From positions 25,057 to 89,056 of the forward strand of contig MNCI01000754.1 in assembly GCA_015680685.1 (NCBI GenBank): a DNA stretch of 64,000 bases, written 5' to 3'. Positions 13,921 to 29,105 of the stretch are shown here, piece after piece. The stretch's first letter is position 1, and each line of letters starts with the position of its first letter. The DNA comes from Gnetum montanum. Lineage: Eukaryota > Plantae > Gnetophyta. The notes beneath the pieces are model-generated. The model was not told where the DNA came from. It did no database searches and saw only the letters and a list, made by a program, of their open reading frames with translations. The position numbers and the translations under genes are program-made.

Positions 13921-14643
13921 TAAAGCTTATGTACTTTATATATACATATTAGATAGTTAATAATCATTGCTTTTCCTCACTATATTTTCATTGCTTTTAC
14001 TATGCATTTAATTTTTTGTGTTTTTGTTTGAATAATCAATTTTAAACTTGTTTCTTCTATTTAAAGCTTTTTTTAAATGAATTTTGGCCTTGGGGATGGA
14101 TTTTAGTTTTCTCTAAACTTAGATTGGGGCTTATTATGATCATGTGTACATGGGTGTAGGAACTGTATCAAGAAAAAAAAATTCTTAATAGATTTCTAGG
14201 GATTTTACACTTATTTCATACTTTTAACTTTAGAAAATTTAAATGCTTGGTTGTATGTACTATTCTATTGTATTTTTGTACAAGATTAGTATATATGATC
14301 ATATTGTGTGAGAATGTGTGACAAATAGGATAAACACCTAGTTTTGGATTTGTAAATTTAAGGATTGTTAAATTTGAAATGTTTTATGAGATATGCATAA
14401 TTTGCTATGGCGAATTAAATTCTTTGGGACTTTTGGAAATCAATTACAAGGTTGTGGTGATTAGGGTAACATTTAGTATTATATAATTTGAGTATGACAT
14501 TTATTTTTATTATTCATAGAAATATCTATTATCTTTTATGGTTATTAAATATTATTATTTTAATATATTATTAATAAAATTTAAACACAAATAACTTTGT
14601 CTCTAGAAATTAATGAGTCATCTAGTGGCAATTTGTTGTCAAT

Positions 14644-15454
14644 TGTAACCCTTGGATTTGAGATGTATGTCATGTACCTTGTGCTTGTGATTCTTGCATG
14701 CATAGTTGAGGTTTCTACCTCCTAGGTTTGCATTTGAGGCTTTCATTTCACACTTGTAGGTTTAGTAGATGTTTTGGGCTTCCTAGATCATTTTTTGGCT
14801 TCATTTGGAGATCTTTGGAAATTCTTGACCTATTCCTGGTGTCCTAGATTTCATCTAGGAAATCTTGATAAAGTATTAATGATAAATTTATGCTAACTTT
14901 CTTACACTAGAGTGCCCCTTATGGTAGCACAAAGGCATTGATGCACCCCTCTTGGTATCCTAGTTTGATCACCTTTGTCTCTTGGTCTCTTCTAGTATGT
15001 TTTTAGAAGTCTCAATTGCATTACAGGCCTCTGTTGATGCTTGGGCATTAACATGCCCTTGCTTTTGTGTTGTGAAAACTATAAATACCCAAGATGAGCT
15101 CCATAAAAAATGAACTTGATTCTAATCATTTTCCTTTGACTTTTAACATCTAGCTTCATGTGAAGCACTACTTCTCCCTTGGGTAAGTGATTTATTCCTT
15201 GTTTTATATGTGTTTTGAGTCATCACTTTCATAAGTATGGCTACACTCTGTTAGAGTGCTACCTTGTTTAAGTAGCCCATAACCATTTGGTTAATGCAAA
15301 GTCTAGTATTTACATTGTGAACAAAGCTTATGATTTTTTCTCATTTTTGCATCATTAATGCCTTAAACATTAAAATATTAAAAACCATAAAAATATTTAT
15401 TCATTTCTCATTTACATAAGTTGTGATAATTCAACCTTACCCAAGGAAGTTACA
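14644..15454 (+). repeat. Possible LTR remnant
   Basis: TGTAAC...GTTACA termini and CTATAAATA at ~15079; no TSD found. Confidence 0.35.
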
Positions 15455-17825
15455 ATTGTATGATATGGTGTTAGGCCATCAAGGTTATGACTAAGGACCA
15501 TTTTATTTGCATTTATATATTTGTATATGGTGTTGCACCTATCCCATTAAGGGATTGTAATATGAGCATTGCTCTTATCTCTAGGTGGGATTGAAATATG
15601 TGCATGTTTATTACTTCTTTCTTATAAAGATAAAACTCATAAAAATTATAAATATTTTTTCAACCTCTCAATGTGGCAACATGGGTTTTCATTTTTATCA
15701 TATGTACTATAATCTCTTTTACATTTCTTGAATGCAATGATATGTGAGTGTTCTTGGAAATCCACTCAACATTGTCCTTGAAGCTTATGATTAGATTACA
15801 CTACAGTTTGTATGATAAATCCCATTGATCCAAAACTAATAGGATCCTTATTAGAACTTAAAATAAGGTAATATTAGTACTATTGGAATCATCTTATTAC
15901 ATACTTTCTAATTATGGAACTTATTTTATTCCTTAGTATCTAAGTTTTTAGAGGTTACATTAGTTATTATTTTGTTCTTTAATGTATTTATTTAAAACCT
16001 TTATGTTAGTAGTAAGAAGTTTTTTTATGCTATGTTGTGTTATTCTCTTTATAAAGTATGGATGACTATTTGATTTAGATGTATGTAATCATGTTATTTG
16101 TTGACCTTGTGTATGTTGTGAGTAAGACACGTAGTAGCTTAACCTAGTCTACATTGATACATATTATCTTGATGACATATGTGGTGGTCATTGGTAGCTA
16201 TTGTTAACATGAAGGTATGAATGGGTAAGCAATGAGGCATCCCAGAGGATAGTGAGATTAACCTTCACTGGGATGCATAAGTGAGGTTCTTGTCTTAGGC
16301 CTTATTCAGAAAGTGGAAGAGTGTAGGTATACCCTATGATTGGTATGTGGTGTAGGAATGGAGTTCTTACTTGTTCTCCAAAAGACTAGTGGTTGTGTCT
16401 CACAAGTTTACAAGCACTAACACTAGTACTAAATAAAATATTAATAAAAGAGTTGTAGGAAAATGATTAATTATGAGTATTCATGGTAATGTTACACATG
16501 ATACATTGAGTGTGGATATTCTAGATATCACATGGGATATGTGTATATCTTATTATTATGTAGTGAGTATTTGTAGTAGTAAATATATTTTGTGATTCAT
16601 CTTTTGATGTGTTAATTTGTGTGTTGTCTTGAATGAGTATGTGTGGGTACTACTATTTGGGTATATCTATAGAAATGCATGTGATTAGATGATAGACATG
16701 TAGTTTCATGAAAATATGATTAATTATCCATCATGATGAGTATGTCTATGACTATGTGTTAGGCACACTATGTTACAAGGTTGGTTATTGGTTATTAGCC
16801 TTTGGTTGCTACTAGTAGATTGCATGGTGTACATTAGCTAAGTATTTACTTCAATATAGACTATGTCATCGCTATGTTTAATATTATATATGCATGTGGT
16901 GATTAGAGTACATTTAAACATAACCTTTGATGCATGTTGCCTTATGCTTCAATCCTCTTTGCCAAAGTAAGACTTGTTTGTTATTCAATAGAGGACTATA
17001 AAGACATGCCACTCAAATTATATTAACATTATTTATTTACAAGTGATGGTTCTAAAGACATAGGAGAGCATCAAGAAGGCTAAGGAAAGGAAATGTTTGT
17101 AATACATAGTTGATCTATGTTTCTATCGAAAGACATATAATTTTCTATAGACTGTTAGTATCTATGAGACCCTTGTGATACTTATGTGTATATGATCTTG
17201 GGATTTTTGTGGATGGATCATTGATTATAAATTTTAAAATTATATTAATAATTAATGAAATTATTAAAAATCTGATTTACCATGAGTTGTGATAGGTTAT
17301 TATGAGCATATAATAAGTCATGGTGCTTCACCATGAGAAGACCACAATTGAACCATGAGTTGTGGTCTATGAGAAATATTTAAAATGTTAAAATTGGGAA
17401 TACCATAAGTGGATCATAAGGGTTTCATGAGTCATGGTATGATATAACAATAAGAAATTTGATTTTTTAAATACCAAAAGTTAACCATGAGCATACCATG
17501 AGTCATGATCAATTTATCTTATAATGAATGATTAATCACAATGCAATCATGAGTTGTAGTTATAATTTTTTATCAAGAATGAGGAAATGACAAATCAAGC
17601 TTAACACCATGAGTTGACCATGAATCATGGTATTCTAACCATGATCTAATCATAGGCTATGGTCTATGAAAGATTTAGAATTTGGGATACCTCAGGTCAT
17701 GGTGAACTTGTGGTCTAAAAACCTATAATATGATGACTTGATGATGAGTTGTGGTTAAGATAAAAGTCATGAAAATATTAATATTTCAAGGTTGGATTTT
17801 AATGAAACTTGGTTCATTAGATGTT

Positions 17826-18706
17826 TGATGAGAAGCGGGTATTCCCTACACCCAACCATATGAATCACTAGTGTGTACATGCGATCTAGTCAAATTTTGT
17901 GGACTACATTTTAGTTAAGTAGCCTATATTCTTAGATGGTGAAAGATGTAGTAACTAGTCGTTATCTTCTTAATCATCACTTGTATTAACTCATTTGTAT
18001 GGTTAAGTATGATTTAGGTGTAAGATATTTATTTTTATTATTTTTATTATTTTCTTCATCTACAAAATAATTAAATAAGGAAAGGTTCATTTATTTAAAT
18101 TGACTAATTACTTAACTAAACTATCTTAAATGTAGAACATTTGTTCTCACTTTCCATACACATCTTGAATGTATACTAACACTACTAGGTTACCAAGTGT
18201 TTATTGCTAGGTGTACCAAGTATCCACTACTGGGATTACCAAGTAGTAATATATTATACTCGAAGTGGTTATAATAATGTTAATTATGAATTAGAATATT
18301 AAATGTTTATGATAAGAAATTAAATAGAATTCAAAGTAAAAATACTAAAAAATAAACTTAAACTAATCCAAGTGCTACAATGAATGGAAGAAATCTCGAT
18401 TTGATTGCCATTCATGCAATTGTGTCTAGGTACATATGAAACTTAAATAAAATTTCATATAATCAATTTGATCCATGCTACGGGTACATAGAGGAAAAAG
18501 TTTTCAAGGTTCTATTGAAAGAAACTAAAGAGTCTGGCTAAGGTATCGACTAAACCATGTCATAAATGTAATAGGTGTTCATACTTATATAGGTAATGAT
18601 TGGATTAGCATTGATGCATATGCACCAATGCATCGATGAGGATGCATTAATAGGGCTACATTGACGAGCATTCATTGATGTAGTTACCTTATTTGACATT
18701 TTATCA
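17826..18706 (-). repeat. 3' LTR of Athila-like copy C
   Basis: TGATGAG...TTATCA ends, homologous to the A and B LTRs. Followed by TACCCCCAC, the reverse complement of the PPT GTGGGGGTA seen in copy B. Confidence 0.88.
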
Positions 18707-18939
18707 TACCCCCACAATTGACCAAAAACTTGTCCTTGAGTGAAAAAAATGGGATTGATTTTCTTACAAAATTTGAGAAAATATGGAACTAACTAACTAA
18801 CTCTTAAGTGTCATGTAATACGACTTACAAAACTAGTGTAATTTATAAAGAATGAGGATAGTTGAAAAAAAATGATAGATGATTGTTTGGATGAACAAAA
18901 ATGGGATGAAATCTTCATACTAAGTCTAGAGATGGAGGC

Positions 18940-21739
18940 TCTTGTGATGTGAAGGATCCTTCATCATGTCCCAATGTTGTTAGAGGCCCTGGCTATCTTG
19001 CTATTACCAAACACTAGAAGTCATCTAAGATTGCCTTTATTTTTTCCTCTTTTCCAAGTAGATCATGAATAATCTAGGCTACTTCATCTAGATGTGCTAG
19101 TGTTGTAATATTTCACTAGTATGGCAATGTCAAAACATCTTCTTCATGTTGACAAACTAGGCTATAAATTGTTTACATTCAATGTCAAATGTATGGACAA
19201 GGTTTTATAGCTTCTAGTAGTCACTTATTATTTTAGTCAAGTTCTTAGTTCTAGATATTTGATTAGTGAATTTTCTCTTGAGAACCTCAAGCTTTGCATT
19301 GATCACTTCTAACTTTTTCTTAGTTTGCTTATGGAGCTTGAAATCTCGCCCATAAAGAAGGTAAGATCTAGCCACTTATTTCTCCAATTCTTTCTTGGGC
19401 CTCTTGATAGTTAACATTATCAAGTTTGTATATCAAAGATTTGTGAGCTTCATATACTCAATTATGTCTTCAATGTATAACTTCTTTGAGTCAATTTCTA
19501 CTTGATTATATGTGTTGAGTCTGTCAAAGATGGGCTACCATGCATTGCCTCTCTATTAGAGTTACTGGATCATCTTGTTCACCTTCACCTTGGATAACTT
19601 GATTTTCTTATTATTAACCTCTTTAAGCTTCTTGACCTAGTCTAGGTAGTGATTTTTCAGTTTTTTATTCTTCAAGGCTTCATTCTTCTAGGAGATATCC
19701 TCAATTTCAATCTTTTGGTAAAGTATCTAGATCTCTTGCATTGAGAGATTTCTATTTTCTGTGGTCAATCTTCTCAAATCTAAGTTCATCTTAGCAAGCT
19801 ATTCTTGTTGCTAGCAAATAAACTCTATTGTTTGATCTTTCTACTAGTTGGCATTTCACAAGTGATGGTTCTCACAAGTTAGCATCATGTTTTCTTTGAG
19901 AACCTAAGAGAGGTCACAGTTAGTGTTGTTCAACATTTCTTTGACAGTGATACCTTAAAGATCATAATCTCCTTTGAATTCTTGGCCTTTTGATATTTTT
20001 GTTAAGTCTATTAAAAAGCTACATTCCTTATGGGTTCTAGCTTGAGAATGAAAGGATACGAGAGACAGGCTCTAAGTTATGTAAATTTTATAGCCAATCA
20101 CTAATTACTAGTGGTGGACTCCTCTAATTGTGCATTAGCAATCGTGATCTTGTCTCGCATCTCTAGTAGTTGTGATTAAGTGATTGATATATCTTATGGG
20201 AGATTAAATATCTCTAGAATTGGTTTCCCAATTCCCACAAATCATTCCAATATCTCCTCATGTTAGATAGTGCTCATGCTTTCACTCCCTACTTACATGT
20301 CTACCATGACAGTGATATCAGGGATAGATATAGTAGAACTTAGAGCTTCTCCAACATGGTCTACCACCACCTCTGCCACTATCTCTTAACCCTTGTGTGG
20401 CATGACGAAGACCATTGCTTCTTCATCTTATTCTAGCATCACAAAGAAGGCTACTACATTTCCAAAAATTTTAGTGAATTCTTATCCTAGAATGAATATA
20501 GTAACATTTTTGACATTAGGAATGAATTGGAAAGCTTCTTGCTTCATTTGTGCTAATAATAGTAGCACCATTCCACTATTCAACCAGTTGATGGTCCTTG
20601 TGATCTTATTTAGGTAACTCATTGTTGAATGGCAGACTGAAGATTCTCCACCACCTTCGGAGGCTTACTATTATTACAATAGCTTCATTGTGAGCTTTTG
20701 TAGTATTTTTGTAGTTGCAAAATTTCTAGTATTATCTCAAGTACTATAGGTAGTGGTGGTGATGATTTCTCCTCTTCTTGAAGTTTGGTTAGAGATTTAT
20801 CCTTTATCATCTCTTACCAAGATGCAATAGGAGCCTTATGGGCTATATCATTTAAGTAGCAGGATATGCCTTTCCTTTTGTAAATTTTTCTAATTAGGGA
20901 AAAAAATGAAAGTGTTTTCATACCCTTCTCATTTTCCTTAAAATATTTTTCAATCTATAGAAAGATGAGTTGAGGTGGATTGACTAGGAATTTCCCACTT
21001 AGAGTTGTACATGCCTAGGCAGAAGGCTATGACCTTGCTGAACCTTATCATTGAATTGATGTGATAGGTCAAGATTTTAAAATATGCATCTTCCACCTTA
21101 GTGAGGGAACCATACTCTTTATGGTCCACTTCATAGCACCACTAGCCTACTCCTTTTTAGCTTATGGATCTACTTGGGTAGAGATCTCTGCTAACTATTC
21201 CCCAATGTTAAGTAACATGAGAGCTTCTGTTATGGCCTCAATTGAATATGAGATGGTGATGTCCTTTATTTTAACAGTGGCATCTCCTTGTTGCTTGTTC
21301 CAAAAGAGGTAGATTTTCCCCATATACCATTCCTCGCTACTAAAGAGAATGGACCACAATGAATACCCTTATAGTTAAATTTGAACCTCTTATGGTGTGA
21401 CCTCCAAGAATGATCTAAAGTTTAGTTATTACAAGATGGAGCTCTAAATCTTCTTGATTCCAACCTTCTTCAAGTAGGCTTTAGCAAGTTTGACCTCTAG
21501 ATTAGGTCTTGTCCTTGGAAATTCATCTAGCCTTAATTGACCTATTTTTGTGATAGGAATCTGTTGGATAGATTCCACCTTAGGCTCCTCCTATAGGAGC
21601 CTAGTGGTATGAGTAGCTTTGGTTTCTTGCTCTTGGGGCTATTATTGTGTTATCACATTTCAGCCATAAATGGAGCAGGCCTTAAGTTTTGGGTTCCTAA
21701 CGATTTGTATTAGCTTGACTTTTTTGTAAAAGGGGCTAT
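18940..21739 (-). pseudogene. Decayed env-like/extra ORF of copy C (diverged subfamily)
   Basis: Colinear similarity with 480-3345, e.g. 19290-19800 vs 870-1420 and 20880-21440 vs 2490-3050. Confidence 0.7.
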
Positions 21740-22349
21740 GTATTTTAGAATAATCCAAGGCTCATAGTTCAGTAAATGGAAAGCTGAAGTCCTAATTATG
21801 GTTTTGAATCCATAAATTTGAAGCTAAGTTTTTAGTAAGAGATATGATATGGACAAAGGCTTCAAAAATTAAGGATTAAAATTAAGCTAAAAAATAAAAG
21901 CTAATAATACATGGATTGCAAGAATGCAAATTAGTGCATAAAATTTCTAGGTTTCTGCAACATAACATAGGGAAGCTCATGAATAGATTCCTTGTGCTTA
22001 TCAAATGGGTTCATAGAATTTCAAAATTTTGAGAAGTTAGAATTTAAATGAAAATTAGCATCAAAACATAACTAGCTAGTAATGGTAGAATTTACATGAG
22101 TTAAGCTTCCCCAAATTTACACATTGTAAGCCAAGTTGAGATTGTCAGAGCTTAAGGATCAGTTCTATCTTGACGAGAATTTGAATAAACATTTGAGCAC
22201 TAATAGAAACCCTCACCTTAGGAACAAAGGCTTGATCTGAATCTAGAAAAGGAGGTTTGAAATAAAATAAAAGAGAAAATTTCTATTTTATGTTTTGAGC
22301 AAATTTTACTTCTTTGTAGGGTTCATCACTTCATGTAGGTTTGAGCTTT

Positions 22350-24700
22350 GATCTTATCATTTACAAACTTAGCTTTTTGAATGACATGTTAGCATTTAGA
22401 GTTGGTGTTTAGAATTTTGGTATTTTCTCTACTTAGCTAGATCCATTTTGCTAGCTCAACTCTCTATCTTAGCTTTGCATAAGAGAGCTCATATTAATTA
22501 TATTATATCATCTTTAATGGGGCCATCTTAAACAAGAGCACATGTGTAATAGCTTTTAAATCTAGCTCTTTCATGTTAGTTTGTAAGACAATCTTATAGA
22601 GCTCATTCATAGAACCATTTTTGGTTCTACAAAAATATTAGAAAGAGCTCTATCACATCACCTTTAACAATCTACCTTGCCATGTTAGCTTGTAAGGGAG
22701 GCTCATCAAACCAAAATCTGGCTCTACAAAGATCTCTACCATGTCAATGCTTATGCCAAGTTATCTTCGAAAGAAGAGTAGTATTCATAGAGTTAAATTT
22801 CAGCCTTACTAACTAGCTCCTTTTCAATTCTACCCCATCAACACTTTTAAAAAGTAGGTATGTAGAACCAAAATTTATCTTCATAAGGGAGCTCATTTTT
22901 AGCTTTACAATGTTAGCCCATAAAGCTAATTTATAAAGCTAAAAATTTAATTCTATGAAGAAAAATTCACTTAGATGAAAAGGCACCGTCTAGATGAGGA
23001 ATTGTAAATTGGAGCTTTACCAGAGACACATGCTTGACATCCACCTAGATGAAAGAATAAATAATAATTTTCATCTTCCAAATTAGTGCTAGAGGGAGCT
23101 CATTCTTCATGGAGCTTAAATTTATCTCTATGAAGCAAGTCCTACCATGTAAGCTTTAGAGAAAAGGTGCATTTTTGTAGAGCTTAAAAGTAGCTTAGAA
23201 AAAAAGCTCTTTCACATTAGCACTATTGTGAGAATCATCTATTCAAGAATGAACAAGACACTTGGAAAGCTAAAACATGGCTTTATGAAACAACTCTACC
23301 ACATCAACACTCTACCATGTTACCTTGTGCCACTTTAGCATTCAGAATTAGCAAAAATTTCATCTAGATAAAACCCATCATCTAGATATCTTCATCAACC
23401 ACATCAGCTCTAAAGATCTTTAGCTCCATATTTTTCAAGCTCTACTAAGTTAGCTCATAGAAGGAGGTTTGTAGAACCATTTTTCCATTCTATGAATAAG
23501 CTCTGCTAGCTTAGCATCTACCACATCAGCAACTTAACACATTAGAAAATAAATGAAGCTCATTTCTTCATCTAGAGCAAAAATATCTCATCTACCATGT
23601 TATTAGACCTTAATGCCATCTATCATGTTAATGTCTAGATGAAGATTTATGAGCTCACAAGAAGAGAAAGGTTTCATTTACCACATTACAAAAGCTCTCA
23701 TGCTCTACCACATCAATAGTGTGCCACATTATCTTGTAGAATCAATTCATGAGGATGAAATTCAACTCTATGAAAATCTCTACCATGTTAGCACTAAGAA
23801 TAGAACGTTACATATAGAACCAAAACCTAGTAAGCAAGTGTACTTTTGGTCCTACCATGTTCCACATCATCTTTGTCAATCCACTCTACCATGTCAGCCT
23901 TCATAGAGCTAAAATTTAGTTCTACAAACAAGCTTAACTCCATTGAGACTCATTAGGTTGAAGAAAAGCTTCGTAGAACCAGAAAATGGTTCTACAAAGT
24001 AGCCCTTCCACATAGGCTCATAAGATAAGCTACACTCATAGAACCTAAAAGTGGTTCTACAAGGAACTCTACTTACATGATAGTGTTCCACCATGTCCAC
24101 TTGTAAAACCAACTTATGAGTGTTAAGATCAGCTCTACAAAAGGACTCTACCACATCAACTTTACTTGTTCATAGAGAAAGTATGTAGAGCTTAATAGCA
24201 ATTCCACAAAGAAGCTCTACCATGCTAGTTGAGCTCACTACTTCCTATCACATTAGCTATTCCATGTCAGCATATGCCATGTTAGCATTTAGATAAAGAC
24301 TTGTGAGCTTGTGAGAAGTGGAAAGTCTCATCTTCCACATTAGCAGATTCTAAAATGCTTTTCTATGTTAACATCCTGTCAAGTTAGCTTGTAGAGCTAG
24401 TTCATAGAGCTTAAATTTAGTTCTATGAAAGAGCTCTACCATGTTAGCTTCCTGAAACATCAGCATCTAGAGGAGCTTTGTAGAACTAAACTTTCATTCT
24501 ACAAGATGGCTCTTCCACGTCAACTCCTATTATGTTAGCTCGTATAGATGGTTCATAGAGCTCAAAAATGGCTCTACAAAGGAGCCCTACTAGGTCAGCA
24601 CCATACTATGTCAGTTTATGAAGGCAACCTACAAAGCTAAAATTATTCCCTATAAAAAGCTTGCAAATAATTCTTTCCATGTTAGAGCTCATCTTGAGCA
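22350..24700. repeat. Degenerate tandem array (~75-bp units) with CTCTACCATGTTAGC boxes and a TTCATAGAGC-N-GTTCTATGAA inverted repeat
   Basis: Dozens of CTACCA(T/C)GT(T/C)AGC and GAGCTC motifs; periodicity is clearest at 24361-24660. Confidence 0.8.
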
Positions 24701-27700
24701 CACAAAGGATTATGCACGTGCAAATCTCGATTTAATATACCTTGACTTGAAGAAAGTGCAGCTCATGGAACAAAATATTAGCCATATAAGGAATCTTACA
24801 ACCATTCTGCCACATCAATTCTTCAACATGGATGAATTAAAATATGTTTGCAAGAAAATTCAAACAAGTTCTATAGTTGATGCCATGCTAAACTAAAATC
24901 TACAAATGAAGACATAAATTAGAATAGAGCTAAGTGCAAAATCATCATCAAATCTCGAAATAGAAAGTGGAAAGCTAGCATTAAAGAATAAATTCATCAC
25001 AAGGAAGACAAGACATAAAATAAAAAGAAGTGAGAATTAAAGAGCTAATAGAAAGCTATCATGAGCCATAACAAAAAAAATTTTAATAATAATACTGGAA
25101 CTTTGGCTAAAGTTACTAAGAAGAAAGCATAGATTCAAATGAGTATAGAAGCTACTTTAATAGAAAAAGCAAGTTTCATAACTAAATCGGTTATGGAAGA
25201 AAGAATTTTGGAGAAGCTTAATAGTTCTAATCTATGAAACAATGAATTTGGCCTAATAAAGCTCTTTTATCTTGTGACTATTACCAATTGAGGGTTTTTG
25301 GGTTTAAAGGATGAGAGAAATCTGTGAAAAAATTGAGTAACTATTTAACGCCTATAATCCAAGAGAAATAAGCATTGAAAGAGTCTTGAAAGAAGTTCAA
25401 TTTCTCTAAACTGAATACAATATACCATGCTCTCTTGAGATGTTGCAATTTTTAGTTGAAGAGCTTGAAGCAAGAAGAGGATTTATTAATAGAATAGTTA
25501 TCCAACATCCTACAATTATATGAGCAGGACATGAGGTAACTGTAGCTTTTAATTTCTAAAATGGTTGTAATTGATTGAGGTTGTTATATAAAGCCTAAAG
25601 TAGATTTTTTCAAGAGATCACATCATAAGAGGACATCTAGGAGAACACTGGAAAAGCTAGGAGTGATTTCTTGTATGATGGCTTTTTAACTTTAGAGACA
25701 ATTCAACTAATTTACTTCTATCCTATGAGTTAACTCTTATTTTCATGATTTATCTTAGTTGCTTAGCTAATGGTAGAGACTGTATTGTTGCTGACATCTT
25801 GTTCTTGGAATTATTAGATTATTTGAAAAGCTCTATTTTTAGCAATTATTAGCATTCATCGATTAGCTTTAAAATAGCTTTAGTTTTTTTCTCAAAGTAT
25901 TTGCTAACGTTAATAGGAGTCTTATTTCAAATTGCTTGTATGAGCCTAAGGGTTTAACAAATTTTTGGGTATTGTTTCCTGATTTGAAATAGCTTTATTT
26001 TTAAAAGTGTTTTCTCATGTCATTAGTACCTCATTTCAATGTTTAGGAGTTTATGTGATTCTACTATTTTTTTTTTCCAAAATCCATTAAATCTTGCTTA
26101 ATTTTCTAGTTTTATTTTATAATTTTCTCTCTAAGGAAAATTGGCAATAGATTTTGTGGAATTGCGTTTAGGCATTAGATGAAAGACTAGTTTGCATAGG
26201 CAATGTATACTCTAGACTACATAGATTTGGTAGCTTTAATATGGCAGGAAAATTTTATTCACTTGCAGAATGAAGTAAAGATGGCTAAACCTTCTAATAA
26301 AAGTACTCTTATTTATTTTTATTCTTAATACGTAAAATCATGAACTTAGTACTAAACAAAAGCTCAAAACACAGTTTTCTCTAATACTAGCTAAGCTTAT
26401 TTAGAGGGATCCATACCTTGGTATTTCTAGAGATCAACAAATATCTAAACTTGAGTTTGAAAGAACATCTCAATCTTATGATTTTCATCATGAGGAAGAG
26501 GATTATGCTCATGCTTTAAAGTGGCCACCAATAATTCTTTTGGTGCTAGAAGGAGGGCTAGGAATTAGTTGCTACTTTTTTCATGACCAAACAGCCTGTC
26601 AACTCCTAAGGAATTTGGAAGTTCAAATAAGTATTCTAATTATACAATTGATTATTTATCAGAGGAAAAACATGAAAAGGCTTTTGAGCTAGGAATAAGT
26701 AGTGGAGTGAAACCCAAAAGGACTAGAAGACTACGTCTCCTGTTTGGTTTACTAGTCTTTAGTATAAGGTAAATAAATCCTAGACGTTCAACATACAGAA
26801 GAAATTTTGACATGGTAAATCTACTACCAATAAATCCTTGGCAAAGAACTGCATCATTAAGGTTTCCAAATTACAACAACATTTCCAAAAAAGTTCATAA
26901 GTTTTTATCTAAGCCTTTCATTCTTAGAAAAGCTATTTTGATAGAAGAATATGTCCATTTATTTGAGTTGGCCTTAGCTCATGCAAACATCCAACATGAA
27001 GATCAAACTTATAGACTATTTGTAGCAAACTTGAAAGATATGGCTTAAATTTGGTATTATAATTTGTCAAACAATAGCATCACCAGTTGAGACAGTATGA
27101 AAGATTTATTTTTGGCTTAGTTTGATAATCAAATAGACCAACAAAAATTGTATTATGGGTTAGTACAAGCTAAGAAAGGGACTAAGAAGTCAGTTAGAGA
27201 GTTTAACATTAAGTTCCAATGAATTTATGGATTTTTTCAAAGACAGTATAGACCATCAGATGAGATGGTTAGGGAAATTTATCTGAATTCTATTCATTCC
27301 AACATTTCAATCTAGTTAATAAGAACTTCAAATTTATTAACTTTGTATGATTTATTTAACAAAGCTATCTAGTTAGAAAAACAACTAAATCTAGCTAACA
27401 GAGAAGTTACAATATGAAAAACTGAACAAAAAGCATTAGTCTTTGTGAAAAATTTAGCTTAGTTTAAAGCATTACATCTTGTAATTAACAAAGATCAAAA
27501 TCAAGAAAAAAGTATTCTAATAAATATTCTAAGAAATGTAAGCTAATGAAATAATTGTCCAACAAGGTAGTCAAATTAGAAAATGCACTGGCTAAAGTTA
27601 AGATAAAGGAACAAAAGAAACATTAAAAACACCAGCATCAAGATATCAAATTAGTATATTCTAAAGATGAAAGTCATTCAACTATTTCTAATTTTCTCAA

Positions 27701-28737
27701 CATTGAATCCAATAATGAGGTAACTGGTATTTATTATGCTAGCAACTCATCTAAAACTGAAACAAGTGATACTTCTTTGTCAAGTCTGAAAGAAGATTCA
27801 TTTTCAAAGGAGGAATGCAACAACAATGATGGATCTAGATATAACTTCAGGTCAAAGGAAAATCTAACTACATTTGGCCTCCTAATGCTATTTCTCATCC
27901 TTCTACCAAGTAAAAGACTTTCAAACCCAATGATAAAGAAAAGAGAAAAGAAAAGGATACATAGATAGACCAAAATCCTAAAAACCTATTTCCCATTAAG
28001 TGGTTTAGAACATTAGGCTTTTATGATGATGTAGAATATGATTTCATAGAAGACCTTAAATTTCAAAAACAATGTTGGTATATATTAGATGTTACAAATG
28101 AAAAGTTAGCAAAAGAAACTTTTAGAACTAGTCAAAGTTAAGAAGAAGGTTAAAGAATTTGAATTAAGCTATATTTTGAATGGGGATAAAATTATGAAAT
28201 ATAAATATCCTTGTACTCCAGAAAAAGAAGCTTCTCCATTTCTTCTCATAATGAATATAATTATTTGGTTGATTCAAAAGCTACATTGACCATTATGCCA
28301 CTATCCATCTATAAGCAATTAGAATTATCACCAGAACAATCCAATAGGAAGATTGTCCAAGTAGATAAGAGCAAAGTGAAATTCATAGGATAATTATCAA
28401 ATATATTACCCCATATTGCTTTAGAACTTCACAGTAAAAGTATAATAACCATTCAAGTGGCTGATATTCTTGATTCATATAGTCTTCTATTAAGTTGAAG
28501 GTGGAGCAAAGTTTTTTCTAGATACATATCCACTAATTATTTGCACACATGGCTAGCATGGAAGGGAGAGCCCAACCATATATATATATATATATGTATA
28601 TATGAGCCCTTGATGATCAAGAATATCACATTTGATGAAAAGAACAAGGTCATCCAAACTAAAGACATTGAAATAGTAGCATGTTTGCTCATAGAAGTTC
28701 AAGTCCTAAATAAAAAGGAAATTCAAAGCAAAGGAAA

Positions 28738-29105
28738 ATAAAAACTATATTTCAATGGATCTTGCAATTCAAAAGGGGTTGGAATCAGAATACTATTTGT
28801 AAGAAAAATTATCAGAAAATTTTTAAAGTTGTTCACTTAGCCTTCCCTTGTATGAACAATGGAGCCCAAATATGAAGCCTTATGTATCAAAATCCAAAAA
28901 GCTTTAGAGAAAGGGAGTAAAATAATTTTAATTAAAGGAGATTCTAGGCTTATTTGTGAACAAGTTAATGATGAATGTATAGTAAAATGTTCATTCTTAC
29001 AACCATAAAAACAACTTATCTGGAGCTTGTTAAAGTAGTTTGAGTAGTATGAGGTAAAGCATATATGTAGAGAAGACAAATAGGTAGCAAATGAGCTAGC
29101 TACAA
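28738..29105 (+). pseudogene. Additional archaeal-type RNase H (aRH) domain
   Basis: *KLYFNGSCNSKGVGIRILF..LAFPCMNNGA/KYEAL..IKGDSRLICEQVN..KHICREDK*VANELA matches the aRH motifs WxLYFDGS, TNNxAEYEAL, GDSxLV and HIxRExNxxADxLA. Confidence 0.88.

Noticed and set aside
17280-17760. Cluster of CCATGAGT/TCATGG motifs
   Set aside because: Similar clusters occur within the Tekay-like LTRs (31900-32400, 50700-51120); probably ordinary decayed LTR sub-repeats with undefined boundaries.
22350-24700. Palindromic repeats with spacers resembling a CRISPR array
   Set aside because: Units are degenerate along their whole length, have no unique spacers or cas genes, and lie in a plant retrotransposon context.
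25289-25975. Candidate 5' LTR and PBS of element D (TATA ~25587, AACA ~25960, TGGGTATTGTTTCC)
   Set aside because: No second LTR copy or TSD in the window, and the PBS is too degenerate to fix boundaries.
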